NCBI GenBank assembly: GCA_047971915.1
Contig: JBKEAD010000050.1
Span: 1 to 48,240, forward strand
Source: Chthoniobacterales bacterium
GTDB lineage: Bacteria; Verrucomicrobiota; Verrucomicrobiia; Chthoniobacterales; JBKEAD01
DNA: 48,240 bases
Direction of reading: 5' to 3'
Shown: positions 8,822-17,829 of the stretch, in pieces
Layout of the letters: each line of letters starts with the position of its first letter
Position numbering within the stretch: position 1 is the first letter of the stretch
Program-made: the position numbers and the translations under genes
The notes under the pieces: generated by a model
What the model was told of the DNA's origin: nothing
Databases searched by the model: none
Seen by the model: only the letters and a program-made list of their open reading frames with translations

Positions 8822-9463
8822 AATTGTCTCTATTCGGACGATTTTGCTGGGCGGTTGATTTTCCTGATTACGGACAGGCTGCTAAAGAGCACGTCCATCG
8901 TTGGGTAAAAGAAATTTTTCTTCATTTTGCAGAAGTCGGAAAAACTCACCGGCACGTCCTCCCTATGCGTCGAGAAGAATATCTCCCGGGCCGTAGATAT
9001 AGCTTTTGCGCAGAATGGTGGCTGGAAATGCTTTTTCATTAAATGCCCGCATCAATATCTGATCTTGTTCCAGCTTGTGATTAAACATCACGTATTCGCT
9101 TCCCTGATAGGCGGAGAGAGCTTGGTCTTCTGTGGCTGGAATTTGCCGGGCTTCGCCGTAAACTCCGAGAGAGCCGGTATGGATAAAATGCCCTACATTG
9201 CGCCCGAGTGTTTCGACGACAAATTCCAAATCGTCAGCATTTAGGATAGTATCCACAATGACATCCCAGGGTTGTTTGCGGAGAACTTTTGCAAAAGCGG
9301 CGCGATCTGTTTTGTCGCACACAATGGTTTCTGCGGCATCTCGCGAGGGTTTGCGACTGCCGCGATTCATTACAGAAACCGTCCACCCCTACTGTGTAAA
9401 AGCGCGAACAACTTCTAGTCCAAGGAAACGTGAGCCGCCGATCACTAATACTTTTGCGCTCAT
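8819..9463 (-). pseudogene. NAD-dependent epimerase/dehydratase (SDR-like) with three in-frame TAG codons and a truncated C-terminus
   Basis: One frame reads MSAKVLVIGGSRFLGLEVVRAFTQ*GWTVSVMNRG...TGSLGVYG...SYIYGPGDILLDA*GGRAGEFF...PNDGRAL*QPV. TAG codons at 9389-9391, 8963-8965 and 8882-8884. Confidence 0.85.
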
Positions 9464-9473
9464 TGTATTTTAA

Positions 9474-9520
9474 AAATTAACTGCTCCCTTTTGGGGGGAG
9501 CACAGACAGGATTGTCTGTG
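9474..9520 (-). terminator. double-hairpin intrinsic terminator after the PUR gene
   Basis: Hairpins CACAGACA-ggat-TGTCTGTG and TGCTCCC...GGGAGCA, followed on the - strand by GTTAATTTTT. Confidence 0.6.
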
Positions 9521-9529
9521 TTACGCTTT

Positions 9530-9778
9530 TTATTGCTCTTCTTGCGGGTTGTCGTCGTTTGCGTCGAAGGCGTCGTCTAGGAGGTTCGCGAAGTCATCGA
9601 GACCGGTGCTCGGGACGATGATGCTGTTGCGACGTCCGTGGGATTCTTCGGTGATTCGTAGAAAGCGGCCACGTGTATTTTCGCGCAGTTCGACGAAGAA
9701 ATTTTTCCTTTCGATCTGAGCTTCTCCGGAGTGAATCAAGCGTTCATTTGGGCGTGAGTTACCATGATATCCATTCAT
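9530..9778 (-). CDS. PUR-family (PurA/BpuR-like) ssDNA/RNA-binding protein
   Basis: 82 aa. IERKNFFVELRENTRGRFLRITEE...RRNSIIVP matches the single bacterial PUR repeat pattern. Confidence 0.82.
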   Translation of the reverse strand: MNGYHGNSRPNERLIHSGEAQIERKNFFVELRENTRGRFLRITEESHGRRNSIIVPSTGLDDFANLLDDAFDANDDNPQEEQ

Positions 9779-9888
9779 TTTTTTCTAATTTGTAAAATTA
9801 AAACCGTTTGCTTCACAGCCACCCACAAAAAACCTCGTGAAGCCGCAAAAGCACCAATAAAGCGAAGCATTCTAAAGCAAAATCAATT

Positions 9889-12060
9889 TTAAACAACCCT
9901 AAAATCGATTTGCTGTTTAAAAATATCGACCGACTCGACGATGACTTCGACTTCTTGGCCGGCGCGGTAGGTTTTTTTCGTTTTTCGGCCTTTGAACTGT
10001 GCGCGGGACGGGTCGAAGAGATAAAAATCGTCGTCCAGTGAGGAGACATGCACGAGGCCGCTGACGATGTAATCGGGGAGTTCGACGAACATTCCGAAAT
10101 TGCGCACTTCGAGAATACGGGCTTTGAAAACTTCGCCTTTTTGGCTGGCGAGTTGGTTTTGGAAAAACTCTAGTTTTTTGAGCTTTACGGCTTCGCGCTC
10201 GGCGTCGGCGGCGTTGCGCTCGGTCGTCGAGATATGGTCGGCCATTTCGTCGAGCTTGCGACTGTCGGAGCCTTTCTTGGTATATCCGAGGAAGCGGGCG
10301 AGGGAGCGGTGGACGATGAGGTCGGCGTAGCGGCGGATGGGGCTGGTGAAGTGGAGGTAGTCGGTCTTGGCGAGGCCGTAGTGCCCGAGTGGGGAGGCGT
10401 CGTAGCGAGCACGGTTTAGGCTTTTTAGGAGACCGATTTTGATGACGGCTTCTTCTGCGCTGCCGCGGACGTTTGCGAGGAGTTTGCGGACTTCTTCGGG
10501 TTTGTTTAGATCGCCGCATTTGAGACCGAAGGTGAGGACAAATTCGCGAAATTCGTCGAGGCGGTCGGAGTCCGGATTTTCGTGAACGCGGTAGATGGCG
10601 GGTTGTTTTTTTCGCTTCATCTCGCGGGCGACCAGCTCGTTGGCTAGGAGCATGAGTTCTTCGATGAGTTGGTGCGAGATGTCGTTTTCTACTTTCTCGA
10701 TTCCGATGGTGCGGCCGAGTTCATCGACGCGGACTTTGGTTTCGGGGAAGTCGAGGTCGAGGCTGCCTTTGGCGAAGCGGCGTTTGCGGAGAGTCGCGGA
10801 GAGTTCCCATGCGAGGTGAACGTGGTTTTCGAGTTCGCTGGAGGCGGGTTTTTCCAAAATGGCGAAGGCTTCTTTGTAGGTCATGCGCTTGGCACTGCGG
10901 ATGATGCTGCGGGTGAAGCGGGATTTTTTTATGAGACCGTTTTTGGCAATGTCGGCGAAGACGGAGAAGGCGAGGCGGTCTTCGTCGGGGCGGAGGCTGC
11001 ACATGCCGTTGCTCAAGACTTCGGGGAGCATGGGGATGACGCGGTCGGGTAGATAGACGCTGTTGCCGCGTTCGCAGGCTTCTTTGTCGAGCACGGAGCC
11101 GGGCTGCACGTAGTGCGATACGTCTGCGATGTGCACACCGACGCGCCAGCCATCGCCTAGCCGCTCGACTTGAATCGCGTCGTCGAAATCGCGTGCGTCG
11201 TCGGGGTCGATCGTGAAGACGAAGTCGCGGCGGTGGTCTTCGCGTCCGGCGATGTCTTGTCCTGAGATTGGTTTTGCAACCTGCTCGGCGGTTTTTAAAA
11301 TCTCTTCGGAAAAAGCTTCGGGCAAGCGGTATTTGCGAATGATGGCGAGCATATCGACGCCGGGCGCGCCGGCTGCGCCGAGGACTTCTTCGATCACGCC
11401 TTCGGGGTTTACGTGGCGGCTGGGCCACGACTCTAGTTTGGCCACGACTTTATCCCCGATCTTTGCTTGCAGGGCTGCGGCGGGTTTGGGGACGTAGAGG
11501 TTTTGCGAGAAGCGTGGATTGTCGGGGACGACGTAGTAGAAATTTTTCGTGCGTTGGAGGGTGCCGACGATGCGTTCGTTTGCGCGTTTTTCGATTCGGA
11601 TCACGCGGCCTTCGAGGCGGTTGCTGCGGCCTCGTTCGTCGTGGATGCGGGCGACGACGCGGTCGCCGTGCATGGCGGTCCAGAGATTTTCTGCAGAGAT
11701 AAAGAGATCGGCTCCGCCTTTTTCTTCATTGAGCACGTGGGCGGTGCCGCCGGGGTGGATCTGGATGGTGCCGACGAAGAGATCTGCGACCTCGGGGACG
11801 ATGTAGCGGTTTTTGCGGATGCGCGTGATCTCGCCGCGTTGCTGCATTTGGTTTAGCTGCTTGGCAAATTCGCTTTGTGCTGCGGGTGGGAGGCGGAGAG
11901 ATTCCTGTAGTTCCTGCGAGCTGAGCGGACGTTTTTTCAGCAGGGAAATTATTTTTTTTGAAAAATCCGCGGATCGTTCAGACTTGCTGCGACGGGAAGG
12001 GCGGGGGCTGTTTTTCGAGCGTTGACGCGCCCGAGCGGGTTTATTTTTGCGACTTGGCAC
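9889..12060 (-). CDS. rnr: ribonuclease R
   Basis: N-terminal HTH and cold-shock domains, FTIDPDDARDFDDA, HFTSPIRRYADL, C-terminal S1 domain. GTG start. Confidence 0.95.
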   Translation of the reverse strand: MPSRKNKPARARQRSKNSPRPSRRSKSERSADFSKKIISLLKKRPLSSQELQESLRLPPAAQSEFAKQLNQMQQRGEITRIRKNRYIVPEVADLFVGTIQIHPGGTAHVLNEEKGGADLFISAENLWTAMHGDRVVARIHDERGRSNRLEGRVIRIEKRANERIVGTLQRTKNFYYVVPDNPRFSQNLYVPKPAAALQAKIGDKVVAKLESWPSRHVNPEGVIEEVLGAAGAPGVDMLAIIRKYRLPEAFSEEILKTAEQVAKPISGQDIAGREDHRRDFVFTIDPDDARDFDDAIQVERLGDGWRVGVHIADVSHYVQPGSVLDKEACERGNSVYLPDRVIPMLPEVLSNGMCSLRPDEDRLAFSVFADIAKNGLIKKSRFTRSIIRSAKRMTYKEAFAILEKPASSELENHVHLAWELSATLRKRRFAKGSLDLDFPETKVRVDELGRTIGIEKVENDISHQLIEELMLLANELVAREMKRKKQPAIYRVHENPDSDRLDEFREFVLTFGLKCGDLNKPEEVRKLLANVRGSAEEAVIKIGLLKSLNRARYDASPLGHYGLAKTDYLHFTSPIRRYADLIVHRSLARFLGYTKKGSDSRKLDEMADHISTTERNAADAEREAVKLKKLEFFQNQLASQKGEVFKARILEVRNFGMFVELPDYIVSGLVHVSSLDDDFYLFDPSRAQFKGRKTKKTYRAGQEVEVIVESVDIFKQQIDFRVV

Positions 12061-12178
12061 ATTTACTCCGTGGCAGAGTTATAAATACAAAGCAAGAAAT
12101 TGCTTGCGAAAAGAATGATTTCGTTGTTGAGTAGGAGAAACGAAGATTCAGTCTACGCAACCTATTACATAAACCCCT

Positions 12179-12709
12179 ATGAAATCTATAAAACTAACAT
12201 CAGCTACTATTTCTCGCACAGATCACAAGGCATTTACTTTGATTGAGTTGCTTGTTGTCATCGCTATCATTGCTATTTTGATGGGACTGCTTTTCCCGGC
12301 TGTTCAAGGAGCGATGGACCAGGCACGCAAGGCGAGTGCGAAGAATGATGTCGTGCAGATTGCAAATGCAGTTACAATGTATGAGACGGAGTATGGAAAG
12401 CTGCCGCCGGATTCATCGAGCGTGAATGGGAATTTGCTTAAAGCACTCATGGCGACCGACACGAACTTTAATTCGCGAAAGATTGTTTTCTTGGAAGCAC
12501 CGGATTTTAAAAGAAACAAAGGTGGAGTTTCTAATGATGCCTACTTGGATCCCAGGGGTGGTGAATACAAAATCAAGATGGATACAGACTATGAGAACTC
12601 GATATCCGTCGGCAGTGCAAACGGCCCCACGACGGTGACGGTCCGTAAGCGAGTCGGGGTGTGGAACGAGAATAGTAATAAACGTCTTCGCGTGGGTTCT
12701 TGGGAGTAA
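12179..12709 (+). CDS. prepilin-type N-terminal cleavage/methylation domain protein (GspG-like pseudopilin)
   Basis: [24 protein letters not shown]...YETEYGKLP...DPRGGEY. Confidence 0.88.
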   Translation: MKSIKLTSATISRTDHKAFTLIELLVVIAIIAILMGLLFPAVQGAMDQARKASAKNDVVQIANAVTMYETEYGKLPPDSSSVNGNLLKALMATDTNFNSRKIVFLEAPDFKRNKGGVSNDAYLDPRGGEYKIKMDTDYENSISVGSANGPTTVTVRKRVGVWNENSNKRLRVGSWE

Positions 12710-12798
12710 AAAGGTTTACTCGGGCGGGAGTGTTTTTTTAAAGAAAATGACTTGGAAAAACGTTTGATTATACACCTTGTTTTTGATTCTTGGTGTAT

Positions 12799-12995
12799 AT
12801 GCGCCAAACATTGATCTTGATGAAAATCTGGTCACCCACGGTCTTGAGCTTTCCGGGCTTCGCACGAAGAAAGAGCTTGTGAATCTTGCGTTGCGAGAGT
12901 TTATACGTCGAAAGGATCAAAAAAAGGTTCTGGAGCTATACGGTAAGATTCGTTGGGAAGGAAACCTTGAGCAGATGCGCCAGAGTCGATTTTGA
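12799..12995 (+). pseudogene. vapB: VapB-type antitoxin with a 1-nt deletion after codon 2
   Basis: The body NIDLDENLV...GLRTKKELVNLALREFIRR...WEGNLEQMR is a classic VapB. ATG 12799 is out of frame; adding one base gives the expected MRTNIDLD. Confidence 0.75.
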
Positions 12996-13297
12996 TGGTT
13001 CTTGTGGATACAAGTGTTTGGATTGATTTTCTGGCCGGGCGGAGAATTTCAGAAGTTGAGAGAATGTTCTCTCTTTTGGAAGATGAAAGAACCATTGTTT
13101 ATACTGGCTTCATTTTGCTGGAACTTTTGCAGGGGTGTGCGGATGACAGGGGTGCCAATGCGATTGAAAGCCACTTTGAACCCTTTATCGAGATTTTTCC
13201 TCAACGTTCCACGTATCGATTGGCAGCTAAAATTTTTCGTGATTGTCGAAGATGTGGTTATACGATTCGGAGTTCGGCGGACTGCCTTTTGCTATAA
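12992..13297 (+). pseudogene. vapC: VapC PIN-domain toxin, C-terminally truncated
   Basis: MVLVDTSVWIDF...LLELLQG...TIRSSADCL then stop. The final motif (IAA...DRDF) is absent and no continuation was seen in another frame. Confidence 0.8.
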
Positions 13298-13426
13298 AGG
13301 TGGGGATTATCAAAAAAAGATCTTAGGCTAAACAAGATTGTGCGTCATTCAAAAATCGAATACACATAGGACGTTCTTTCCAAAACGGGCGTTGACCGTT
13401 CAAAGGTGGTAAGATATTCATACCTT

Positions 13427-13669
13427 ATGACTACGGTAATGTCTCAGAAAGGTCAGGTCGTGCTTCCTGCTTCTTTGCGGACGCAGCTTGATCTTCATCC
13501 CGGCGACGATTTCGAAATCTTTCTCGAAGATGACGGCACAATTATGCTCAGGCGAATTTCGCAGCCGCCTAATTCAGGGTTGATTGAGCACCTTTTGTCC
13601 TCTCCCGGCGAATTGGAGATTCCAGAGCGTTTTCGCGATTTTTCTTCGACTCCTGATTTTAACCACTGA
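13427..13669 (+). CDS. AbrB/MazE/SpoVT-type antitoxin
   Basis: MTTVMSQKGQVVLPASLRTQLDLHPGD, located 1 nt before a PIN gene. Confidence 0.85.
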   Translation: MTTVMSQKGQVVLPASLRTQLDLHPGDDFEIFLEDDGTIMLRRISQPPNSGLIEHLLSSPGELEIPERFRDFSSTPDFNH

Positions 13670-13670
13670 G

Positions 13671-14088
13671 ATGAGTTCTTATCTTGTCGATACCAATATC
13701 TGGAGTGAAGCTCTCAGGAAAGTTCCCAATGAACTTGTGGTGAATTGGCTCAGAAAGAATGAGTCGAGTCTCTATGTGTCCGCAGTGACTATTGGTGAGC
13801 TGAAGTTTGGTATTGAGCTGTTGGAAGAGGGAAAGCGCAAGGAGGCCTTTCGGCGGTGGCTTTCTGTCTTGATTGATCGAATGAAGGGCAGGGTTCTCAG
13901 CTACAACACATCTGTGGCGACTGTCTGGGGGGCAAATGCAGGCTCGGTGCGAGGGGAAGGGCACTCGCCTTCCCAGTATGGACGGTTTGTTGGCGGCGAC
14001 GGCGATAAAATATTCGTTGGTGATTGCAACACGCAATGAGAAAGATTTTCTTCACTCTGGAGCAAGAGTAGTAAATCCTTTTACCTAA
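13671..14088 (+). pseudogene. vapC: VapC/FitB-like PIN toxin frameshifted in a G6 run
   Basis: MSSYLVDTNIWSE...SAVTIGEL...ATVWG, then +1 G at 13927-13932. The other frame resumes QMQARCEGKGTRLPSMDGLLAATAIKYSLVIATRNEKDFLHSGARVVNPFT*. Confidence 0.85.
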
Positions 14089-14277
14089 TAAACCAAATAA
14101 AGAGGAGTAAACTGATACGGCTGACCTTTTCTCAACAATTTGTTAAAAAAATGTATTTTATCTACGACGCTGTTCGCGCACGTTGTCCGCTTATGCAGTA
14201 TATAGGCCCTCACATCTTAGCACCAATCGATGTCCGCTCCGACCGAGAGCGGTAGCTGATCGCCGACGATAATCGAT

Positions 14278-16179
14278 ATGCAGTATGCCGTAGTATTTTT
14301 AATTGCTCTCGGGTTGGCGGTTTTGCAGCTTTTGCATGGGGGGATGTATTTTGCGGGGCTTGCGTTGCCGGGGTATTTTGTGATGGCTCTGGCTTGTGCG
14401 CTGAGCCTTGCGGTGTGGGTGCAGCGTGGGTATGGGAAGTCGGTGTCGGTGGCGTTTTGGTTTTGCTTGGCGGCGTTTGCGTATCTGATCTGGCGTGCGA
14501 TGGAGACGGAGGATGTGGGGGCGGCGCGGTTGCAGATGTTTTTTTTGCTGGGTGGAGCGGCGACTTTTTTGGCGGTCACGGTTGGGCTGCCGACTTGGCG
14601 GGCGCGGGCTTGGTTGGTTGCCGCGATTGTCGTGCTGGCTGTTTTGCAGATGGGGGTTGGGATCTGGCAGGGCGCGCATGAGGGGGCGAGGCCGTTTCCG
14701 TGGGCTTCCGGAATTTTGCGGGAGTGGTATGATGGGCGTTTCGGGGTGGGGCGGCGTGGTGGGTTGTTTTTAAATCCGAATCAATTGGCGTGGTTGCTGA
14801 ATATTGCCGGGATGTTTTGTTTTGGTTGGGCGGTGTGGAGTCGGTCGCGGATTTTTTTGCGAGTGGTGAGTGTGGTGGCGGGGTTGGCTTTGCTGAGTTC
14901 GGTGATGTTGTTGACGGTGAGTCGTGGCGGACTGGTGGCGGGTGCGGCGGGGTTGGTATGTTTTGCGGCGATTTCGCTTTTAATTATTTTGCGTCGTGCT
15001 TCGTTGAGGCGTTGGGTGGCTGGGGCGTTTCTTTTGATGTTGTTTGGGGTCGTTGTGTTTGCGCTGATGAAGCGGTTTGAGTCGGATTGGGCTTTGCAGG
15101 CGCGCTTGGATGGTTCGGATATTTATGTTCGCGAGCAGTTTATGGAGGCGGCACTGCGACAGGCTCAGCTAGAACCTTTGCTGGGAATGGGTGCGGGGAG
15201 TTATGAGTCGTATTTTGGACGTTACCGGAAGCGTGGTTTGAACTTGGGTGAGGCTTATTTTACACATAATGACTGGCTGCAACTCGTGGCGGAGTATGGG
15301 GTGCTGGGGTTGTTTGCAGTTTCTTTGTCAGGTGGCGTTTTGTTGTTTACCGGACTTGTTGTGCTTTTGAGAAAGACGGGGGAGGGGGATTCGGCGAAAT
15401 TACCTTTTGGAACGGACTTGGCAATTTTGGTTGGTGGTATTTCTGCTTTGGCGACGATGGTGGCGCATGGGTTTGTCGATTTTAATATGCAGGTTCCGGC
15501 GAATGGCTTGTTGGCGATTGCGGTGGCAGGTTTGGTTTTGCCGATTTTTGAGGTGCCGCGGCGTTTTAATACGTTAGCTGCGTATTTTAATATGGGCGGG
15601 GTGGGGCTTGTGGTTGGGGTGGTGTGTTTTTTATTATTTGAAGTGGAGTATCGTCATCTGCCGGGAGAGATTTGGTGTTTGCGGGGTGTGAATGCGCAGG
15701 TTGCAGGGAAGTCGCGGGAGGCGCACACGGCTGCCGAAGTGGCTTTGAAATTGGATCAATCGAATAGTCGTGCATGGCAATTACTTGGTGATTCCGGTCT
15801 TGCGTTGGCTTTTTATCCGATGCCCTATGAGACGCGCGATTTATTATTTCGTCAGAGTTACCAAGCTTTTCGGATGGCGGCGATGTTGCAACCCAGCCAA
15901 AAATTATATTGGTTTAAATCGGGAGAAGCGCTTGCGCGTATGGGGCGGGGAGGTCAGGCCGATCTTTTTTTTAAGACGGTTGCTGCGGCTGAACTGGGGA
16001 GAGGGGAGGTTTGGCTTTACTTGGGTGCTGCTGCTGAAATGGAGGGTAAGTATGATACGGCTTATCGCTACTATCGTGTTGCTGCGCGGCTCTCGGGCTA
16101 TCAGACCTTTGCTCATAGGAGGTTGCGCTTGCTTGATAATGCCCGTAAAAAAAATCTTCTTTCGGTGGGAGTGTATTAG
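14278..16179 (+). CDS. O-antigen ligase/Wzy_C-family membrane protein with C-terminal TPR-like region
   Basis: GLFLNPNQLA, TVSRGG, GMGAGSY, THNDWLQLVAEYGVLG and HGFVDFNMQVPAN. Many TM helices. Confidence 0.88.
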   Translation: MQYAVVFLIALGLAVLQLLHGGMYFAGLALPGYFVMALACALSLAVWVQRGYGKSVSVAFWFCLAAFAYLIWRAMETEDVGAARLQMFFLLGGAATFLAVTVGLPTWRARAWLVAAIVVLAVLQMGVGIWQGAHEGARPFPWASGILREWYDGRFGVGRRGGLFLNPNQLAWLLNIAGMFCFGWAVWSRSRIFLRVVSVVAGLALLSSVMLLTVSRGGLVAGAAGLVCFAAISLLIILRRASLRRWVAGAFLLMLFGVVVFALMKRFESDWALQARLDGSDIYVREQFMEAALRQAQLEPLLGMGAGSYESYFGRYRKRGLNLGEAYFTHNDWLQLVAEYGVLGLFAVSLSGGVLLFTGLVVLLRKTGEGDSAKLPFGTDLAILVGGISALATMVAHGFVDFNMQVPANGLLAIAVAGLVLPIFEVPRRFNTLAAYFNMGGVGLVVGVVCFLLFEVEYRHLPGEIWCLRGVNAQVAGKSREAHTAAEVALKLDQSNSRAWQLLGDSGLALAFYPMPYETRDLLFRQSYQAFRMAAMLQPSQKLYWFKSGEALARMGRGGQADLFFKTVAAAELGRGEVWLYLGAAAEMEGKYDTAYRYYRVAARLSGYQTFAHRRLRLLDNARKKNLLSVGVY

Positions 16180-16399
16180 GGTGGCTCAAGAAGGGCACTT
16201 GCGGTGTTTCAATAAACTTTCAGCAATTCATCCTGTAGCTTGTATTAATGTAAAATTTATTTAACATGTAAAGTAATCCTGTGCACCGATAACTTTTCTG
16301 TGAGAAAAAGATTGCAAAGAGGGAGTGGATCGATTCTCTTTGTGAGGACATAAATTGATCCAATAGGATACCACCGTTATTTCCTTTCATTCACTATCT

Positions 16400-17722
16400 A
16401 TGAAAACTTTAAATAAAATCGCATTTTCACTAATCCTCACGGGCTTGGGCACGACTGGCTCCTTTGCTCAGATGTTCTCAGTAGCACCGATCGGGGATCC
16501 TGAGTTGGACGTAGCCGAAGCATTAACAAGAGGCGGAGCTGATACCGTGGAGTATGCGCCGGATGGAAGCGGAGGAGAAGATACGGCTACGAGTGATGGA
16601 GGTTCGGTTTTTCCTTTATCGTTTTTCACGAACAAGCCATTTCGCGTCACTTTGTCTGTTCGCGAAGGTTTCGATGACAACGTAAATGCAAGCCATGAAA
16701 ATCGTCATAGCAGCTTTTATACAAATTTTGCGGCGGGCATTAACTACTCCTTTGGTTCTCCTCGTTTGAAGCTTTCCACCAACTTGTCCGGCGGGTTGAC
16801 TTACTACTACAGTAAGAATGCGAATCGGAAAACGAACCTTTCCGGTTTGTGGAATCTTTCAGCGGTTTATTCGGTGACGCCTCGAATGACTCTTTCGATG
16901 GGAACGAGCACGGGCTACTACTCGCAGCCAACTATTTCTAATCCCGGCACATCTTACGTGGGCGATCAAAGTTACTTTTCGACCAATACGTATTTTTCTC
17001 TGAACTATCAATGGACAGAGCGTTTTTCCACCACGACGGGTTATCGTTTGGGAGCAATCGTTTATTCGGGTAATCGTGTGAATGATGGTCTTGGAAATAT
17101 TTCTCAGACGATTAGTCAGTCTTTCAATTTTCACCTATGGCCCACGACGACGCTTGTGGCGGAGTATCGAGTTAATCCGGTGACTTACTTTTCAACCGAT
17201 CAGGATAGCTGGGGAAATTATTTCTTGCTGGGTTTCAATCACACCTTCAATCCTCGTTCTACATGGACGCTTCGGGCTGGTGCCGAACTTAGATTTATGG
17301 ATAGGGTAAACAGTGATAGTAAGACCTACATAGGTCCTTACATCGAGAGTGTTTTCAGATATCAACTCAATCCACGTTCCAGCGTTGCATGGACCTTGCG
17401 GTATGGAACAGAAAATTCTGGTGTATTTAATATTACCCAGTCTCAGACCTTCCGCACGGGTTTGAATATCGACTACGCCATCACTTCTAAATTATCTGCA
17501 AGTGCTGGTGCGTATTACACGGTTAGTTATTACAACCAACGAAGCACCGTCAATCCGTTTTATCAGAACGCATTTGAGGGCTTTGTCGGGCTACGTTATT
17601 CTCTAAATCAGAGAGTTTCATTTTCGGCAGGTTATCGCTACACGGGCGTTTTAGCACCGGAGCAAGATCAACGTAACTATTATCGCAACGTAGTTTACAT
17701 TGGCGTAAATACCAATTTCTAG
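16400..17722 (+). CDS. outer-membrane beta-barrel protein associated with polysaccharide export
   Basis: Signal peptide, alternating aromatic beta-strands, GFDDNV motif and C-terminal YIGVNTNF (BAM signal Phe). Lies upstream of wzc/wza. Confidence 0.8.
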   Translation: MKTLNKIAFSLILTGLGTTGSFAQMFSVAPIGDPELDVAEALTRGGADTVEYAPDGSGGEDTATSDGGSVFPLSFFTNKPFRVTLSVREGFDDNVNASHENRHSSFYTNFAAGINYSFGSPRLKLSTNLSGGLTYYYSKNANRKTNLSGLWNLSAVYSVTPRMTLSMGTSTGYYSQPTISNPGTSYVGDQSYFSTNTYFSLNYQWTERFSTTTGYRLGAIVYSGNRVNDGLGNISQTISQSFNFHLWPTTTLVAEYRVNPVTYFSTDQDSWGNYFLLGFNHTFNPRSTWTLRAGAELRFMDRVNSDSKTYIGPYIESVFRYQLNPRSSVAWTLRYGTENSGVFNITQSQTFRTGLNIDYAITSKLSASAGAYYTVSYYNQRSTVNPFYQNAFEGFVGLRYSLNQRVSFSAGYRYTGVLAPEQDQRNYYRNVVYIGVNTNF

Positions 17723-17829
17723 GTCTGCTTTAAAAATAAGTCGATGTTTGCTGGATAGCTTCCAAGAGCGAGTAGTCCGAGGAAGCAGGAGATGCTTTCG
17801 GCTAATTTAAGTTACCAAATATTATATAC

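Noticed and set aside
9917-12025. Many long overlapping ORFs within rnr (and similarly within rpoB, rpoC and metG)
   Set aside because: These are off-frame or antisense shadows caused by biased codon usage, with no recognisable domains.
17755-17800. GTCCGAGGAAGCAG resembling the SRP RNA (ffs) core
   Set aside because: It lacks the CAGG...GNRA...AGCAG geometry and the long flanking stem, leaving only a short GCTTCC/GGAAGC pairing.
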